DNA from: an uncultured Candidatus Rokubacteria bacterium
GTDB taxonomy: Bacteria > Methylomirabilota > Methylomirabilia > Rokubacteriales > CSP1-6
DNA: 64,000 nucleotides
Assembly (NCBI GenBank): GCA_963758635.1
Contig: CAVWWD010000003.1
Location: 288,001 to 352,000 of the forward strand
Direction: 5' to 3'
Of the stretch, positions 9,380 through 20,137 are shown in pieces (the stretch's first letter is position 1; each line of letters starts with the position of its first letter). A program made the position numbers and the translations under genes. The notes beneath the pieces are model-generated. The model did not search any database and was not told the origin of the DNA. It saw nothing but the letters and a program-made list of their open reading frames with translations.

Positions 9380-10177
9380 ATGTCTTCTGTGACGGGCGTG
9401 CCGCTCCGCTTTCCGTACCGCGGCTGGCTCCTCGACCTCGACGGCACCGTGTACCTGGGCGACCGCCTCCTGCCCGGGGCGGACACCGCCATCGCCGCCC
9501 TGCGCGCCGCCGGACGCCGCGTGGCGTTCTTGTCCAACAAGCCGCTCGAGACGCGCGCCGACTACGCGCGGAAGCTCTCCCGCCTCGGCGTGCCCGCGCG
9601 CGAGGACGACGTCGTCAACTCCTCGCTGGTCCTCGCCCGCCACCTCCGCGGGCTCGACCCGGGCGCCCCGGTGTTCGTGATCGGCGAGCCGCCCATGATC
9701 GCCGAGATGCGCGCGCACGGCTTCGAGGTGCGCGAGGACGAGCGCGTGCGCTGGGTGGTGATCGCCTTCGACCGCACGTTCTCCTACGCCAAGCTCAACA
9801 CCGCGCTGCAGGCGGTGCGGGGCGGCGCGCGCCTCATCGCCACCAATCCCGACCGCACGTGCCCGGTGGACGGGGGCGAGATCCCGGACTGCGCGGGCAT
9901 GATCGCCGCGGTGGAGGCGGTCACCGAGCAGCGCGTCGAGGCCATCGTGGGGAAGCCCTCGCCCATCATCCTCGAGGTGGCGCTGTCCGTCCTCGGCGTC
10001 CCCGCGGCGGACGCGGTCATCGTGGGCGACCGCCTGGAGACCGACATCGCGATGGGACGACGCGCCGGACTCGGCACGATCCTCGTCCTGTCCGGCGTCA
10101 CGCGCGCCGACGACCCGCGAATCGCCGAGGCGCGTCCGGACCACGTGTTACGATCGATCGCGGAGATCGTCGTGTGA
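9380..10177 (+). CDS. HAD-IIA hydrolase (NagD-like phosphatase)
   Basis: DLDGTVY, LSN, ATNPD, GKPS, VGDRLETDI, VLSG motifs. Confidence 0.9.
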   Translation: MSSVTGVPLRFPYRGWLLDLDGTVYLGDRLLPGADTAIAALRAAGRRVAFLSNKPLETRADYARKLSRLGVPAREDDVVNSSLVLARHLRGLDPGAPVFVIGEPPMIAEMRAHGFEVREDERVRWVVIAFDRTFSYAKLNTALQAVRGGARLIATNPDRTCPVDGGEIPDCAGMIAAVEAVTEQRVEAIVGKPSPIILEVALSVLGVPAADAVIVGDRLETDIAMGRRAGLGTILVLSGVTRADDPRIAEARPDHVLRSIAEIVV

Positions 10178-11802
10178 CTCATCGGCTCGCGGGCATCGAC
10201 GAGATGGCCTTCGACGCCGTCGTGATCGGCGGTGGCATGGCGGGCGCGGGAGTGGCCCGGGACCTCGCCCTCCGCGGCGCCTCGGTGGCCCTGTTCGACA
10301 AGGGCGACTTCGCCTCCGGCACCTCCTCGAAGTCCTCCAAGCTGATCCACGGCGGCCTGCGCTACCTCGAGCTGGGCGACTTCAAGCTCGTGCGCGAGTC
10401 CCTCCGCGAGAAGAAGACGCTGGAGCGCCTCGCGCCCCACGTGGTGCGCCCGCTCCCGTTCCTCGTCCCCGTGTACCGCGGCTCCCGGCGCGGCCTCGTG
10501 ACCGTGCGCCTCGGGATGTGGCTCTACGACCTCCTCACTCCCGGCAAGACGACCGAGCGCTATCGCGTCGTCGGCCCCGCCGAGGTGCTCCGGCTGGAGC
10601 CCGCGGTCAACGCGGACGGGCTGCGGGGGGCCGGCTACTACTTCGACGACCTGCTGGTCTTCCCGGAGCGCCTCTGCCTGGAGACGGTGCTGTCGGCGCA
10701 GCGCCACGGCGCGCGCGTCCACAACTATTGCCAGGTCGAGGAGGTCACGCGCGGCGCGCAGGGGTTCGAGGGGGTTCGCGTCCGCGACCTCCTGACCGAC
10801 CAGGTCCACGCCGTCCGCGCGCCCGTCATCGTCAACTGCGCGGGCCCCTGGGTGGATGGGCTGCGCGAGCGCGCGGGCCTCACGGACGCCCGGGCCCGCG
10901 TGCTCCGGACCACCAAGGGGATCCACTGCCTCCTGCCCCGCATCACCGATCGCGCCGTCTACGTGTCGGGCGAGGACGAGCGCATGGTCTTCGTGATCCC
11001 GTGGCGCGAGTTCTCGCTGATCGGCACGACCGACACCGATTTCACGGGCGATCCCGACCGCCTGTGGGCGACGCGCGACGAGGTCACGTACCTGCTCGCC
11101 GCGGCGCAGCGGGCGCTGCCCGACCCTCGCGTGACGCTCGACCGCGTCGTCTACACCTACGCCGGCGTGCGCCCGCTGTCGTGGGAGGCGGGGAGCCGCG
11201 CCTCCCGCGTGTCCCGCCAGCACAAGGTGATCCCCGAGGGGCCGGGCGGACGGTTCCTCTCCGTGACCGGCACCAAGCTCACGTGCTTCCGGAGCCTGGC
11301 CGAGGAGGTGGGCAACCGCGTCATGGAAGCGCTGGGGCGGCGCGCCGCCTCCACCAGCGCGCGGTTCACGCTGGACGGCGTGGACGACGAGGCCGGGCGG
11401 GTCGAGGCGCGCGCGTGGATGGACGTGTCGGACGAGATGGCGGCGACGGGGCTCCCCCGCGAGACGCTGGAGCGCCTGGTGGAGACGTACGGGCGCGGCT
11501 ACGGGCGTGTCCTCGACCTGGCGCGGAAGGTGCCCGAGGGCCTGGAGCGCCTCTGCCCGACGAACCCGGACCTGGTCGCGCAGCTCCACCACGCCGTCCG
11601 CGAGGAGATGGCGGTGTCGCTCCAGGACGTGCTGCTCCGTCGCACCGGTATCGGCCAGAGCCGCTGCCTGGGCCTCGACTGCGCGGAGGCGATCGGGCAG
11701 CGCATGGCCGACCTCCTCGGGTGGTCCTCACGCCGGCTCGACGCCGAGCTCGGCGCCTACCGCCACGAGGCGGAGAAGAGCCTGCGCTTCCGCGAGAAGT
11801 AG
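10174..11802 (+). CDS. glpD: Aerobic glycerol-3-phosphate dehydrogenase
   Basis: IGGGMAGAGVARDLALRG, DFASGTSSKSSKLIHGGLRYLE, KGIH, IGTTD, YAGVRPL, DVLLRRT. Confidence 0.93.
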   Translation: MTHRLAGIDEMAFDAVVIGGGMAGAGVARDLALRGASVALFDKGDFASGTSSKSSKLIHGGLRYLELGDFKLVRESLREKKTLERLAPHVVRPLPFLVPVYRGSRRGLVTVRLGMWLYDLLTPGKTTERYRVVGPAEVLRLEPAVNADGLRGAGYYFDDLLVFPERLCLETVLSAQRHGARVHNYCQVEEVTRGAQGFEGVRVRDLLTDQVHAVRAPVIVNCAGPWVDGLRERAGLTDARARVLRTTKGIHCLLPRITDRAVYVSGEDERMVFVIPWREFSLIGTTDTDFTGDPDRLWATRDEVTYLLAAAQRALPDPRVTLDRVVYTYAGVRPLSWEAGSRASRVSRQHKVIPEGPGGRFLSVTGTKLTCFRSLAEEVGNRVMEALGRRAASTSARFTLDGVDDEAGRVEARAWMDVSDEMAATGLPRETLERLVETYGRGYGRVLDLARKVPEGLERLCPTNPDLVAQLHHAVREEMAVSLQDVLLRRTGIGQSRCLGLDCAEAIGQRMADLLGWSSRRLDAELGAYRHEAEKSLRFREK

Positions 11803-11861
11803 CCGGGGCCGCGCCGATCCAGCGCCGCCGCGGAGTTATATACTGCCCCTGGAACCCGCCC

Positions 11862-14552
11862 ATGGACCGACCCCAGCCCGCGGCCGAGCCGGCGCCCCGC
11901 TTCGAGGTGTTCCCGCGCGCGGCCCTGGACCGGTCGATCCCCGAGCGCTTCGAGGAGATCGCGCGCCGTCACGCCCATCGACCCGCGGTCCGGTGCGGCG
12001 GCGAGGCGATCACCTACGGCGCTCTCGATCGCGCCGCCTCCCGCGCGGCGGCCGGGATCCGGGCGCGCGGCGACGTGGCCGGCGCGCCCATCGTGCTCCT
12101 CCTCGAGCGCGACATTCCCCAGGTGGTGGCGACGTTCGCCGTGCTCAAGGCCGGCCGGATCTACGTGCCGCTCGACGCCGCCTTCCCGGAGGATCGGCTG
12201 CGCGTCGCCGTCGCCGACGCACGCCCCGCCGCGCTGATCGTGGACGCCGCCACCGCCGGCCTCGCCGCCCGGGTGGCGCCGTCGTCCGTCCCCGTCCTGC
12301 GGCTCTCGGAGCTCGACGCGGAGCCCGTGGCCACGCCGCCTTCGGCCGCGCTGGCCTCGATCACGTACACCTCGGGCTCCACCGGCGCGCCCAAGGGCAT
12401 CGTGCAGAGCCATGAGAACCTCCTCCACGACGTCCTGGTCCGCGCCAACCATCTCCAGCTCCATCCCGCCGATCGCGTCGGCGGCCTGTCGTCGCTGGCG
12501 TTCAGCGCCGGCGCGAAGAGCGTGCTCCTCGCCCTCCTGAACGGCGCCACCTTCTGCATGTTCGATCCGCGCGCCGACGGGCTGCACACGCTGGCGCCCT
12601 GGCTCGCGCGCGAGGGCGTGACGATCCTCGACTCGGTGGCGAGCGCCTTCCGGCACTTCGCGGGCGCGCTGACGGGGAGCGAGCGGTTCCCCGCCCTCCG
12701 GATGATCTGGACCAGCTCCGAGCACGTCACCGCGCACAACGTCCGGCTCTACCAACGTCACTTCCCTCCCGAGACCGGGATGGTGATCAGGTACTCGGCG
12801 AGCGAGGCGGGGGTGATCTGCCAGCTCCGCGTCGACCGAGAGAGCCCGGTCGGGGACGACTTCAGCGACGTCGGCTACCCCGTGCCGGACAAGGAGCTCC
12901 TGCTCCTGGACGACGCCGGCCGCCCCGTCCCCGCGGGCGAGGTCGGCGAGATCGTCATCCGGAGCCGGTACCTCGCGGTGGGCTACTGGCGCCAGCCGGA
13001 GCTGACCGCGCGGGCGTTCGCGCCGGATCCCGCCGGCGGCCCCGCGCGCGTCTACCGCACTGGCGACCTCGGTCGCCTCCGGCCGGACGGCTGCCTCCAG
13101 CACCTCGGCCGCAAGGACTTCCAGGCGAAGGTCCGCGGCCAGCGCGTGGACCTGGGCGTGCTGGAGCAGGCACTCTTCGCGGCGCCCGGCGTCAAGGAAG
13201 CCGCGGTGGTGGTCCGCGAGGATCGGCCGGGCGACCAGCGGCTCGTGGCGTACGTGGTGCCGGCCGAGTCCCCCGGCCCCGGTGAGGCCGCGCTCAGGCA
13301 GGCGCTGGGCGCCCGCTTCCCCTACGGCCCGGTGCCCGCGGCGTACGTGAGCCTGGCCGCACTGCCGCGGACCCCCACGGGGAAGGTCGATCTGCGCGGG
13401 CTGCCCGCGCCCGGCGGGGACCGCGGGGGCGTCCGCGTGGAGGCCGCGCGCGACGCCACGGAGGCGCGGCTGATCGAGCTCTGGGAGGAGGTCCTCGACG
13501 TGAGGCCGATCGGCGCGCGCGACAACTTCTTTGCCCTGGGCGGCCACTCGCTGCTCGCGGCCCGGCTCCTCGCGGAGATCGCGGACCGTTTCGAGCGCCG
13601 GCTCCCGATGGCGACGATCTTCCGCGCCCCGACCATCGACCGTCTGGCTGCCGTGCTCCGCGGGGAGAGCCCGCCGGAGGGCGAGTCGTCGCTGGTGCCG
13701 ATCGCGCGGGGCGAGAGCGGCGCGCTCCCCATCTTCTGCGTGCACGAGCACACCGGCGAGCTGTTCTGTTACCTCGCGCTTGCCCGTCATCTCGGGCCCG
13801 ACCAGCCAGTGTGGGGGCTGGTGCCACGCGGGCTCGACGGCGGCGCGGCGCCGCTCCGCACGATGGAGGCGCTCGGCGCCGCGTACGTGGACGAGATCCG
13901 CCGCGTCCAGCCGCGCGGCCCCTACGCCCTCGTCGGCTATTGCTTCGGCGGGATCGTGGCCTTCGAGATGGCGCGCCAGCTTGCCGCCGCCGGCGACGGC
14001 GTCCGCCTGCTGGCGCTCCTGGAGCCGCCCCGGGAGGGCGGACGGGCGCCGGTGCGCCGCGCGCTCCGGCGGGCGCGCCGCCGCGTGGCGTTCGAGTGGT
14101 CCCGCCTCCGGGCCCGCTCCGGCGCGGCCCGCGTCGGCTACGCGCTGGGGCGCGCGGTGGTGCTCGCGCGCGACCAGGCGGATCGCGCGCGGCGGGCGGG
14201 GGCGGCGTGGCGGGTCGACAGGAGCGGGGAGACCCTTCTCGAGCGGGCGGTGCGCGAGGTGACAGCGGCCAACGGTGAGGCCCTCCGCCGCTATGCGCCG
14301 GGCGTGTATCCGGGACGCCTGACCCTCTTCCGCCCGCTCGAGCTGCCGGCGCGGTTCCACGGGGACCCTCACCTGGGGTGGGCGGGGCTCGCGGCGGGCG
14401 GGATCGCGATCGAGCAGATCCCGGGCCGCTACCGGGCGATCATCGAGGACGAACCGGCACGGCGCGTCGCGGAGCGGATCAGACTCCACCTGGCCGCCGA
14501 GGCCGACGAAGCCCGGCCGGGGCGCGGCCACGGTCGCCCCACGGTGACGGAG
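11862..14552 (+). CDS. NRPS-like protein, A-T-TE architecture, no condensation domain; no in-frame stop before the CoA-transferase
   Basis: A domain: YTSGSTGAPKG, GEIVIRS..LAVGYW, YRTGDLG, KVRGQRVD, LPRTPTGKVD. T domain: DNFFALGGHSLLA. TE: PYALVGYCFGG. Confidence 0.9.
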
Positions 14553-15758
14553 ATGGAGCAGGCCCTCGACGACGTGACGGTGCTCGACCTCGGCCAGGTC
14601 ATCGCCATGCCGTTCTGCACGATGCTCCTCGCCGACCTCGGCGCGCGCGTGATCAAGGTCGAGTCGCGCGAGCGCGGCCGGGAGCGGATGTCGCTCGGGG
14701 TCAAGCGCGTGCGCGACGGCGTGGAGGAGCGCGTGCCCGCGGCCCAGTACCGCGAGCGGAACAAGCTGGCCGTCACCCTCGAGCTGAAGACGCCGAAGGG
14801 CGCCGAGCTCTTCCGCGAGCTCGTGAAGCGCGCCAACGTCGTGACCGAGAACTTCAGCGTGGGCACGATGGAGCGGCTGGGCCTCGGCTACGAGGACCTC
14901 CGCACGGTGAACCCGGCGATCGTCTACGCCTCGATCACCGCGTTCGGCCAGCACGGGCCGTACGCGCGCCAGCGCGGCTACGATATCCTCGCCCAGGCCA
15001 TCAGCGGCTACATGAGCATCACCGGCTTCCCCGACCAGCCGCCGATGCGCTCGGGCCAGTCGATCTCCGACTACTACGCGGGCATGCTCTGCGCGTTCAG
15101 CGTGGTCTCCGCGCTCCACTACCGGCGGCGCACGGGCAAGGGGCAGCGGATCGACCTCGCGCTGCTGGACAGCCTCGTGGTCGCGCTCGACAACCTGGGC
15201 GAGCGTTACACCGTGGGCGGCGAGGTCCTCACGCGCGCCGGCAACGTCTCGTTCAGCGGCTCGAGCTCGGGCGTGTACCCGACCACGGACGGCCACGTCG
15301 CCATCGCGGCAGGGGCGAGCACCGCGGTGTGGGGACGGTTCTGCGAGGTGATCGGCCGGGCCGACCTCGTCCGCGACGTGCGCTACGCGACGACGGCGGC
15401 CCGCCGCGACCGCCGCGACGAGATCGCCGCCATCATCGCGGGCTGGACGGGGGCGCGGCCCAAGGCCGAGGTCGTGCGCCTGCTCGCCGGGGCCGGCGTG
15501 CCCGCCGCGCCCGTCAACGACGTGGCCGAGATGGTGGCCGATCCGCAGGTGCAGGCGCGCGAGATGTTCGTGGAGGTCGATCATCCCGTGTACGGCCCGG
15601 TGAAGGCCACGGGCACCCCGCTCAAGCTGTCGGAGACGCCCGGCCGCGTGCGCTGGCTGGCGCCGGCGCCGGGCGAGCACAACGAGGAGATCTTCGTGGG
15701 CCTGCTCGGCCACTCGCGCGAGGACCTGGCGCGCTGGCGCGAGGAGGGCGTCGTCTGA
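14553..15758 (+). CDS. CoA-transferase family III (CaiB/BaiF)
   Basis: ALDDVTVLDLGQVIAMPFCTMLLADLGARVIKVE, RNK, ENFSVGTMERLGLGY, SITAFGQHGP, GYD, catalytic Asp in SISDYYAG. Confidence 0.93.
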   Translation: MEQALDDVTVLDLGQVIAMPFCTMLLADLGARVIKVESRERGRERMSLGVKRVRDGVEERVPAAQYRERNKLAVTLELKTPKGAELFRELVKRANVVTENFSVGTMERLGLGYEDLRTVNPAIVYASITAFGQHGPYARQRGYDILAQAISGYMSITGFPDQPPMRSGQSISDYYAGMLCAFSVVSALHYRRRTGKGQRIDLALLDSLVVALDNLGERYTVGGEVLTRAGNVSFSGSSSGVYPTTDGHVAIAAGASTAVWGRFCEVIGRADLVRDVRYATTAARRDRRDEIAAIIAGWTGARPKAEVVRLLAGAGVPAAPVNDVAEMVADPQVQAREMFVEVDHPVYGPVKATGTPLKLSETPGRVRWLAPAPGEHNEEIFVGLLGHSREDLARWREEGVV

Positions 15759-15787
15759 TGACGCGCCCGCAGGGCGCCTCCACATGT

Positions 15788-15822
15788 CCCTCTCCCCCCT
15801 GGGGAGAGGGCAGGGTGAGGGG
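15788..15822 (+). repeat. Partial family B element
   Basis: CCCTCTCCCCCCTGGGGAGAGGGCAGGGTGAGGGG. Confidence 0.75.
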
Positions 15823-15862
15823 CGGTCGCACGACCACGCGGCCCGCCGGGAACGGAGAGACC

Positions 15863-16735
15863 ATGAGCGACCCGCTGAGCGCGATCCTCGCGACCACGAC
15901 GGCCGAGCGGCTGGCCACGGGGTTCGTCTTCACCGAGGGCCCGCTCTGGCACCCGGACGGCTTCTACTACTTCGTCGACGTGCGGGCGAGCATGCTGTAC
16001 CGGCTGACGCCGGGCGCGGCGCCCGAGGTCGTGCGCGAGCGGACGGGCGGCGGGAACGGCACCACGTTCGACCTGGACGGACGCCTCGTGCTGTGCGAGG
16101 GCGACAACCGCCGCGTCACCCGCGCCTCGGCGGACGGGCGCATCGAGGTGCTCGCGGACCGGTTCGAGGGCAAGCGCCTCAACCGGCCCAACGACGTGGT
16201 CTGCCGCTCCGACGGGAGCATCTACTTCACCGACCCCGGCCTGCGCGTGCCGCTCGCCGAGCGCGAGGTGCCCCACGCCGGCGTGTACCGCATCGCGCCC
16301 GACTCCGCCATGAGCCTCGTGGCCGATTGCGAGTACCCGAACGGGCTGGCCTTCTCGCCCGACGAGCGCGTGCTCTACGTGGCCAACACCCGCTGGGCGC
16401 AATACATCCACGCGCTCGAGCTGGACGGAGCAGGCCGGCTGCTCCGGCGGCGCATCTTCGCCGACATGTCCTCCGACGAGACCGAGGGCGTGCCCGACGG
16501 GATGAAGGTGGACGTGGAAGGCCGCGTGTACTGCACGGGGCCGGGCGGCACGTGGGTCTTCGCCCCCGACGGGGCCCGTCTCGGCGTCATCCGCACGCCC
16601 GAGGTGCCCGCCAACCTGGCGTTCGGCGGCCCCGACCTCCGCACGCTCTTCTTCACCGCGCGCACGTCGGTCTACACGCTCCGAGTCCAGGTCCCGGGCC
16701 TTCCGCACCCCTGGCACCGGCCCCGGTCGAGCTGA
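15863..16735 (+). CDS. SMP-30/gluconolactonase/LRE family protein
   Basis: GFVFTEGPLW, LNRPND, YFTDP, PNGLAFSPD, PDGMKVD, NLAFGG. Confidence 0.92.
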   Translation: MSDPLSAILATTTAERLATGFVFTEGPLWHPDGFYYFVDVRASMLYRLTPGAAPEVVRERTGGGNGTTFDLDGRLVLCEGDNRRVTRASADGRIEVLADRFEGKRLNRPNDVVCRSDGSIYFTDPGLRVPLAEREVPHAGVYRIAPDSAMSLVADCEYPNGLAFSPDERVLYVANTRWAQYIHALELDGAGRLLRRRIFADMSSDETEGVPDGMKVDVEGRVYCTGPGGTWVFAPDGARLGVIRTPEVPANLAFGGPDLRTLFFTARTSVYTLRVQVPGLPHPWHRPRSS

Positions 16736-16762
16736 CCGAGCGCGCACTCCGGGAGGATCGCC

Positions 16763-18553
16763 ATGACGACGCCTCACGACCCCGCGCGACCGATCTCGGC
16801 CGAGACGCCGCTGCCGTCGCCCGGCGACGGCCCGAAGTTCGGCAGCGACGCCGTGGCGCGCATGCTCCGCGCGCTCGACCTCCCGTACCTGGCGCTCGTG
16901 CCGGGGGCGAGCTTCCGCGGGCTGCACGACAGCCTGGTCAACGAGCTCGGCAACGAGCGGCCCCAGATGCTCACGTGCATCCATGAGGAGAGCGCGATCG
17001 CCATTGCGCACGGCTACGCCAAGGCGAGCGGGCGCATGATGGGCGCGGTCGTGCACTCGAACGTGGGGCTGCTCCACGCGAGCATGGCCATCTTCAACGC
17101 GTGGTGCGACCGGGTGCCCATGCTGATCCTGGGAGCCACCGGGCCGTGGGACGCGGCGAAGCGGCGGCCCTGGATCGACTGGATCCACACGGTCTCCGAC
17201 CAGGGCGCGCTGATCCGGAGCTTCACCAAGTGGGACAACCAGCCCGGCTCGGTCGCCGCGGCCTACGACGCGCTGCTGCGGGCGGCGCAGATGGCGCGGA
17301 CGGCGCCGCACGCGCCCGTCTACGTGAACCTGGACGCCGCGCTCCAGGAGGAGCGGCTCGACGCGCTGCCGCCCATCCCCGACGCCTCCCGATTCGCGGC
17401 GCCCGAGCCGCCCCGGGCATCCGCCGACGCCATCCGGCGAGCCGCCGATCTCCTCGGCGCCGCCGCCGCCCCCGTGATCCTCGTCGGGCGCGTGGGGCGG
17501 TCCGAGGCGGGCTGGCGCGAGCGGGTGACCCTCGCCGAGAAGCTGGGCGCGCGCGTGATCACGGACGCCAAGACCGCGGCGTCCTTCCCGACCCGGCATC
17601 CGCTCCACGTCGGCCCGCCGGCGAACGTCCTCTCCGAGCCGGCGCTCCGCGCGCTGCGCGAGGCCGACGTCGTTCTCGCCCTGGACTGGATCGACCTTGC
17701 CGGGACCCTCGCCCAGGCCGCGGTCGACGGTCCGGCGCCGAGAGTCATCTCGGCCTCCTCGGACGTGCACCTGCATCGCGGCGCGGGCATGGAGTACTTC
17801 GGCCTCCCGCCGGTCGACGTGTACCTGCTGGCCGCGCCCGACGTGGTGGTGCCCGCGCTGCTCGAGGCGTGTCCGCAACGGGCAGGCGTGCCCGCGGCGG
17901 CCACGCCCGCGCCCAGCCCGGCCGTTCACGAGGCCATGAGCCTGCGGGCCGTCGCCGACGCGTTCAACGACGCCGCCGACGGCCTCGACGTCTGCGTCAC
18001 GCGCCTGCCTCTCGGCTGGCGGAGCGGGGCGCGCGACTTCGCGCATCCGCTCGACTACCTGGGCGGCGACGGGGGCGCCGGGGTGGGCTCGGGCCCCGGC
18101 ATCGCGGTCGGCGCCGCGCTGGCGCTCCGAGGGTCCGGCCGGCTACCCGTCGCGTTTCTGGGCGACGGGGACTACCTGATGGGCGTGACCGCGCTCTGGA
18201 CGGCCACCCACTACGGGATCCCGTGCCTCGTGATCGTCTGCAACAACCGGTCCTTCTACAACGACGAGGCGCACCAGGAGCGCGTGGCCCGGATGCGCGG
18301 GCGGCCCGTCGAGAACAAGTGGATCGGGCAGCGGATCGGGGACCCCGACATCGACCTCGCCCGCATGGCCACGGCGCAGGGGGCCCGGGGCATCGGACCC
18401 GTCACGCGGCCCGATGCCCTGTCCGCGGCGATCAAGGACGGGCTCCGCGCGGTGATGGACGGGGAGGTCTGCGTGATCGACGCGCGCGTGCCGCCGGGGT
18501 ACGAGGCCGACGTGAGCGGCGAGCGGCGCCCGGAGCGGCCCGACCGCGCCTGA
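16763..18553 (+). CDS. Thiamine pyrophosphate-dependent enzyme (acetolactate synthase/benzoylformate decarboxylase-like)
   Basis: PGASFRGLHDS, HEESA..IAHGYAK, GDGDY...NN TPP-binding motif. Confidence 0.9.
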   Translation: MTTPHDPARPISAETPLPSPGDGPKFGSDAVARMLRALDLPYLALVPGASFRGLHDSLVNELGNERPQMLTCIHEESAIAIAHGYAKASGRMMGAVVHSNVGLLHASMAIFNAWCDRVPMLILGATGPWDAAKRRPWIDWIHTVSDQGALIRSFTKWDNQPGSVAAAYDALLRAAQMARTAPHAPVYVNLDAALQEERLDALPPIPDASRFAAPEPPRASADAIRRAADLLGAAAAPVILVGRVGRSEAGWRERVTLAEKLGARVITDAKTAASFPTRHPLHVGPPANVLSEPALRALREADVVLALDWIDLAGTLAQAAVDGPAPRVISASSDVHLHRGAGMEYFGLPPVDVYLLAAPDVVVPALLEACPQRAGVPAAATPAPSPAVHEAMSLRAVADAFNDAADGLDVCVTRLPLGWRSGARDFAHPLDYLGGDGGAGVGSGPGIAVGAALALRGSGRLPVAFLGDGDYLMGVTALWTATHYGIPCLVIVCNNRSFYNDEAHQERVARMRGRPVENKWIGQRIGDPDIDLARMATAQGARGIGPVTRPDALSAAIKDGLRAVMDGEVCVIDARVPPGYEADVSGERRPERPDRA

Positions 18554-18597
18554 CCCCGCGCTCGCAGCCCGCCCCGGACATGGGGGCGCGCGCTTTC

Positions 18598-18607
18598 GTG
18601 CTATAGT
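18598..18607 (+). promoter_or_regulatory. Putative extended -10 promoter for ugp operon
   Basis: GTGCTATAGT (TGnTATAGT), rare in this GC background. Confidence 0.4.
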
Positions 18608-18662
18608 CTGGCCGCCCAAACGGGCGGTCACCCGATCGTCATCCGCATGAAACGCACGTCAC

Positions 18663-18740
18663 CGAGCCCCGCGCATCAGACCAATGCCGAGCGGTGGGAC
18701 TGTAGAGGCCCGTGGCCGCTCCCGCATTCTGCGGGGGTCA
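18663..18740 (-). mobile_element. Family C MITE-like element (about 78 bp)
   Basis: Reverse complement aligns with 43749-43827 and 47541-47619 (core GCCACGGGCCTCTAC...TCCCACC); terminal inverted repeats. Confidence 0.8.
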
Positions 18741-18790
18741 CTAGCGTGGCGCGGAGCCGCATCATCCCCCTTCGGAACGGAGGTTTCACC

Positions 18791-20124
18791 ATGCGTCGAG
18801 CATCGTCGCCGTCGCACCGCGTCCTCGTCGCGCTCGTCGTCCTCGGCGCGGCGCTCCTCGTGGCCGGCCCCGCCGCCGCCCAGAAGACGGAGATCCACTT
18901 CTGGCACGCGATGGGCGGGCAGCTCGGGGAGACGGTGAACGAGCTGGTCCGGCAGTTCAACGCCAGCCAGCAGTCGTACGAGGTCAAGGCGCTGAACAAG
19001 GGCACGTATCCCGAGGTGCTCACCTCGGCCATCGCCGCGTACCGCCAGAAGAACCCGCCCCACCTCGTGCAGTTCTTCGACGTCGGGACGCAGACGATGC
19101 TGATGTCGGGGGCGATCTACCCCGTCTACCAGCTCATGAAGGAGCAGGAGGTCCCGATCAACTGGGGCGACTTCATCAAGCCGGTCTCGGCGTACTACTC
19201 GAAGGACGGGAACCTCTACTCGATGCCGTTCAACTCGTCGAGCCCGATCCTCTACTACAACAAGGAGATGTTCAAGAAGGCCGGGCTCGACCCGGCCAAG
19301 CCGCCGGCGACGTGGAAGGACGTCGGGCGAGCTACTCGAAGAAGATCCTCGCCGCCGGCGCGGCCAAGTGCGGCTTCACCACGTCGTGGCCGTCGTGGAC
19401 GATGCTCGAGAACACGTTCCCCTGGCACGACCAGCCCTTCGCCACCAACGGAAACGGCTATTCGGGGCTCGACACCAAGCTCCTCATCAACGGCGAGTTC
19501 GGGGTCAAGCACATCGGCCAGCTCGCGGCCTGGCAGAAGGACAACGTGTACTCCTACGGCGGCCGCATGGGCCAGCCCGATCCCAAGTTCATCAACGGCG
19601 ACTGCGCCATGCTGATCCAGTCCTCCGCGGTCATCGGCGGGTTCAAGAAGTCGGTGAAGTTCGAGTGGGGGACGGGCCAGCTCCCGCACTGGGGCGCGCC
19701 GTACAAGAAGCAGAACGCCATCGTGGGCGGCGGCACGCTCTGGGTGATGAAGGGGCAGAAGGCCGCCGACTACAAGGGCGTCGGCCAGTTCCTGAAGTTC
19801 GTCTCCGATCCCCACCAGCAGATGTGGTGGAGCGTCACCACCGGCTACGTGCCGATCACGCAGACCGCCATCAAGAACCTCGAGGCCGGCTACCACTTCA
19901 AGAAGAACCCCGAGCAGTGGACGGCCCTGTCCCAGCTGAGCGGCACGCCCACCGCCAACAGCCGCGGGCATCGCCTCGGCAACATGGCGCAGATCCGCGA
20001 CGCGATCGAGCCGGAGCTCGAGCAGGTGTTCGCGGGCAAGAAGTCGGCCAAGGAAGGCCTGGACGCCGCGGTGGCCAAGGGCAACGAGATCCTGAAAGAG
20101 TTCGCGGCCGCCAACAAGCCGTAG
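18791..20124 (+). CDS. ugpB: sn-glycerol-3-phosphate ABC transporter substrate-binding protein (frameshift near 19325)
   Basis: Signal peptide, IHFWHAMGG, FNASQ, SMPFNSSSPILYYNK, GGGTLWV, TGYVPIT. Confidence 0.9.
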
Positions 20125-20137
20125 GAACAGCCACGCA

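Noticed and set aside
7811..10177. 788-aa NuoN-HAD fusion in the ORF track
   Set aside because: Artefact of the nuoN frameshift; true NuoN ends at TAA 9272 in another frame.
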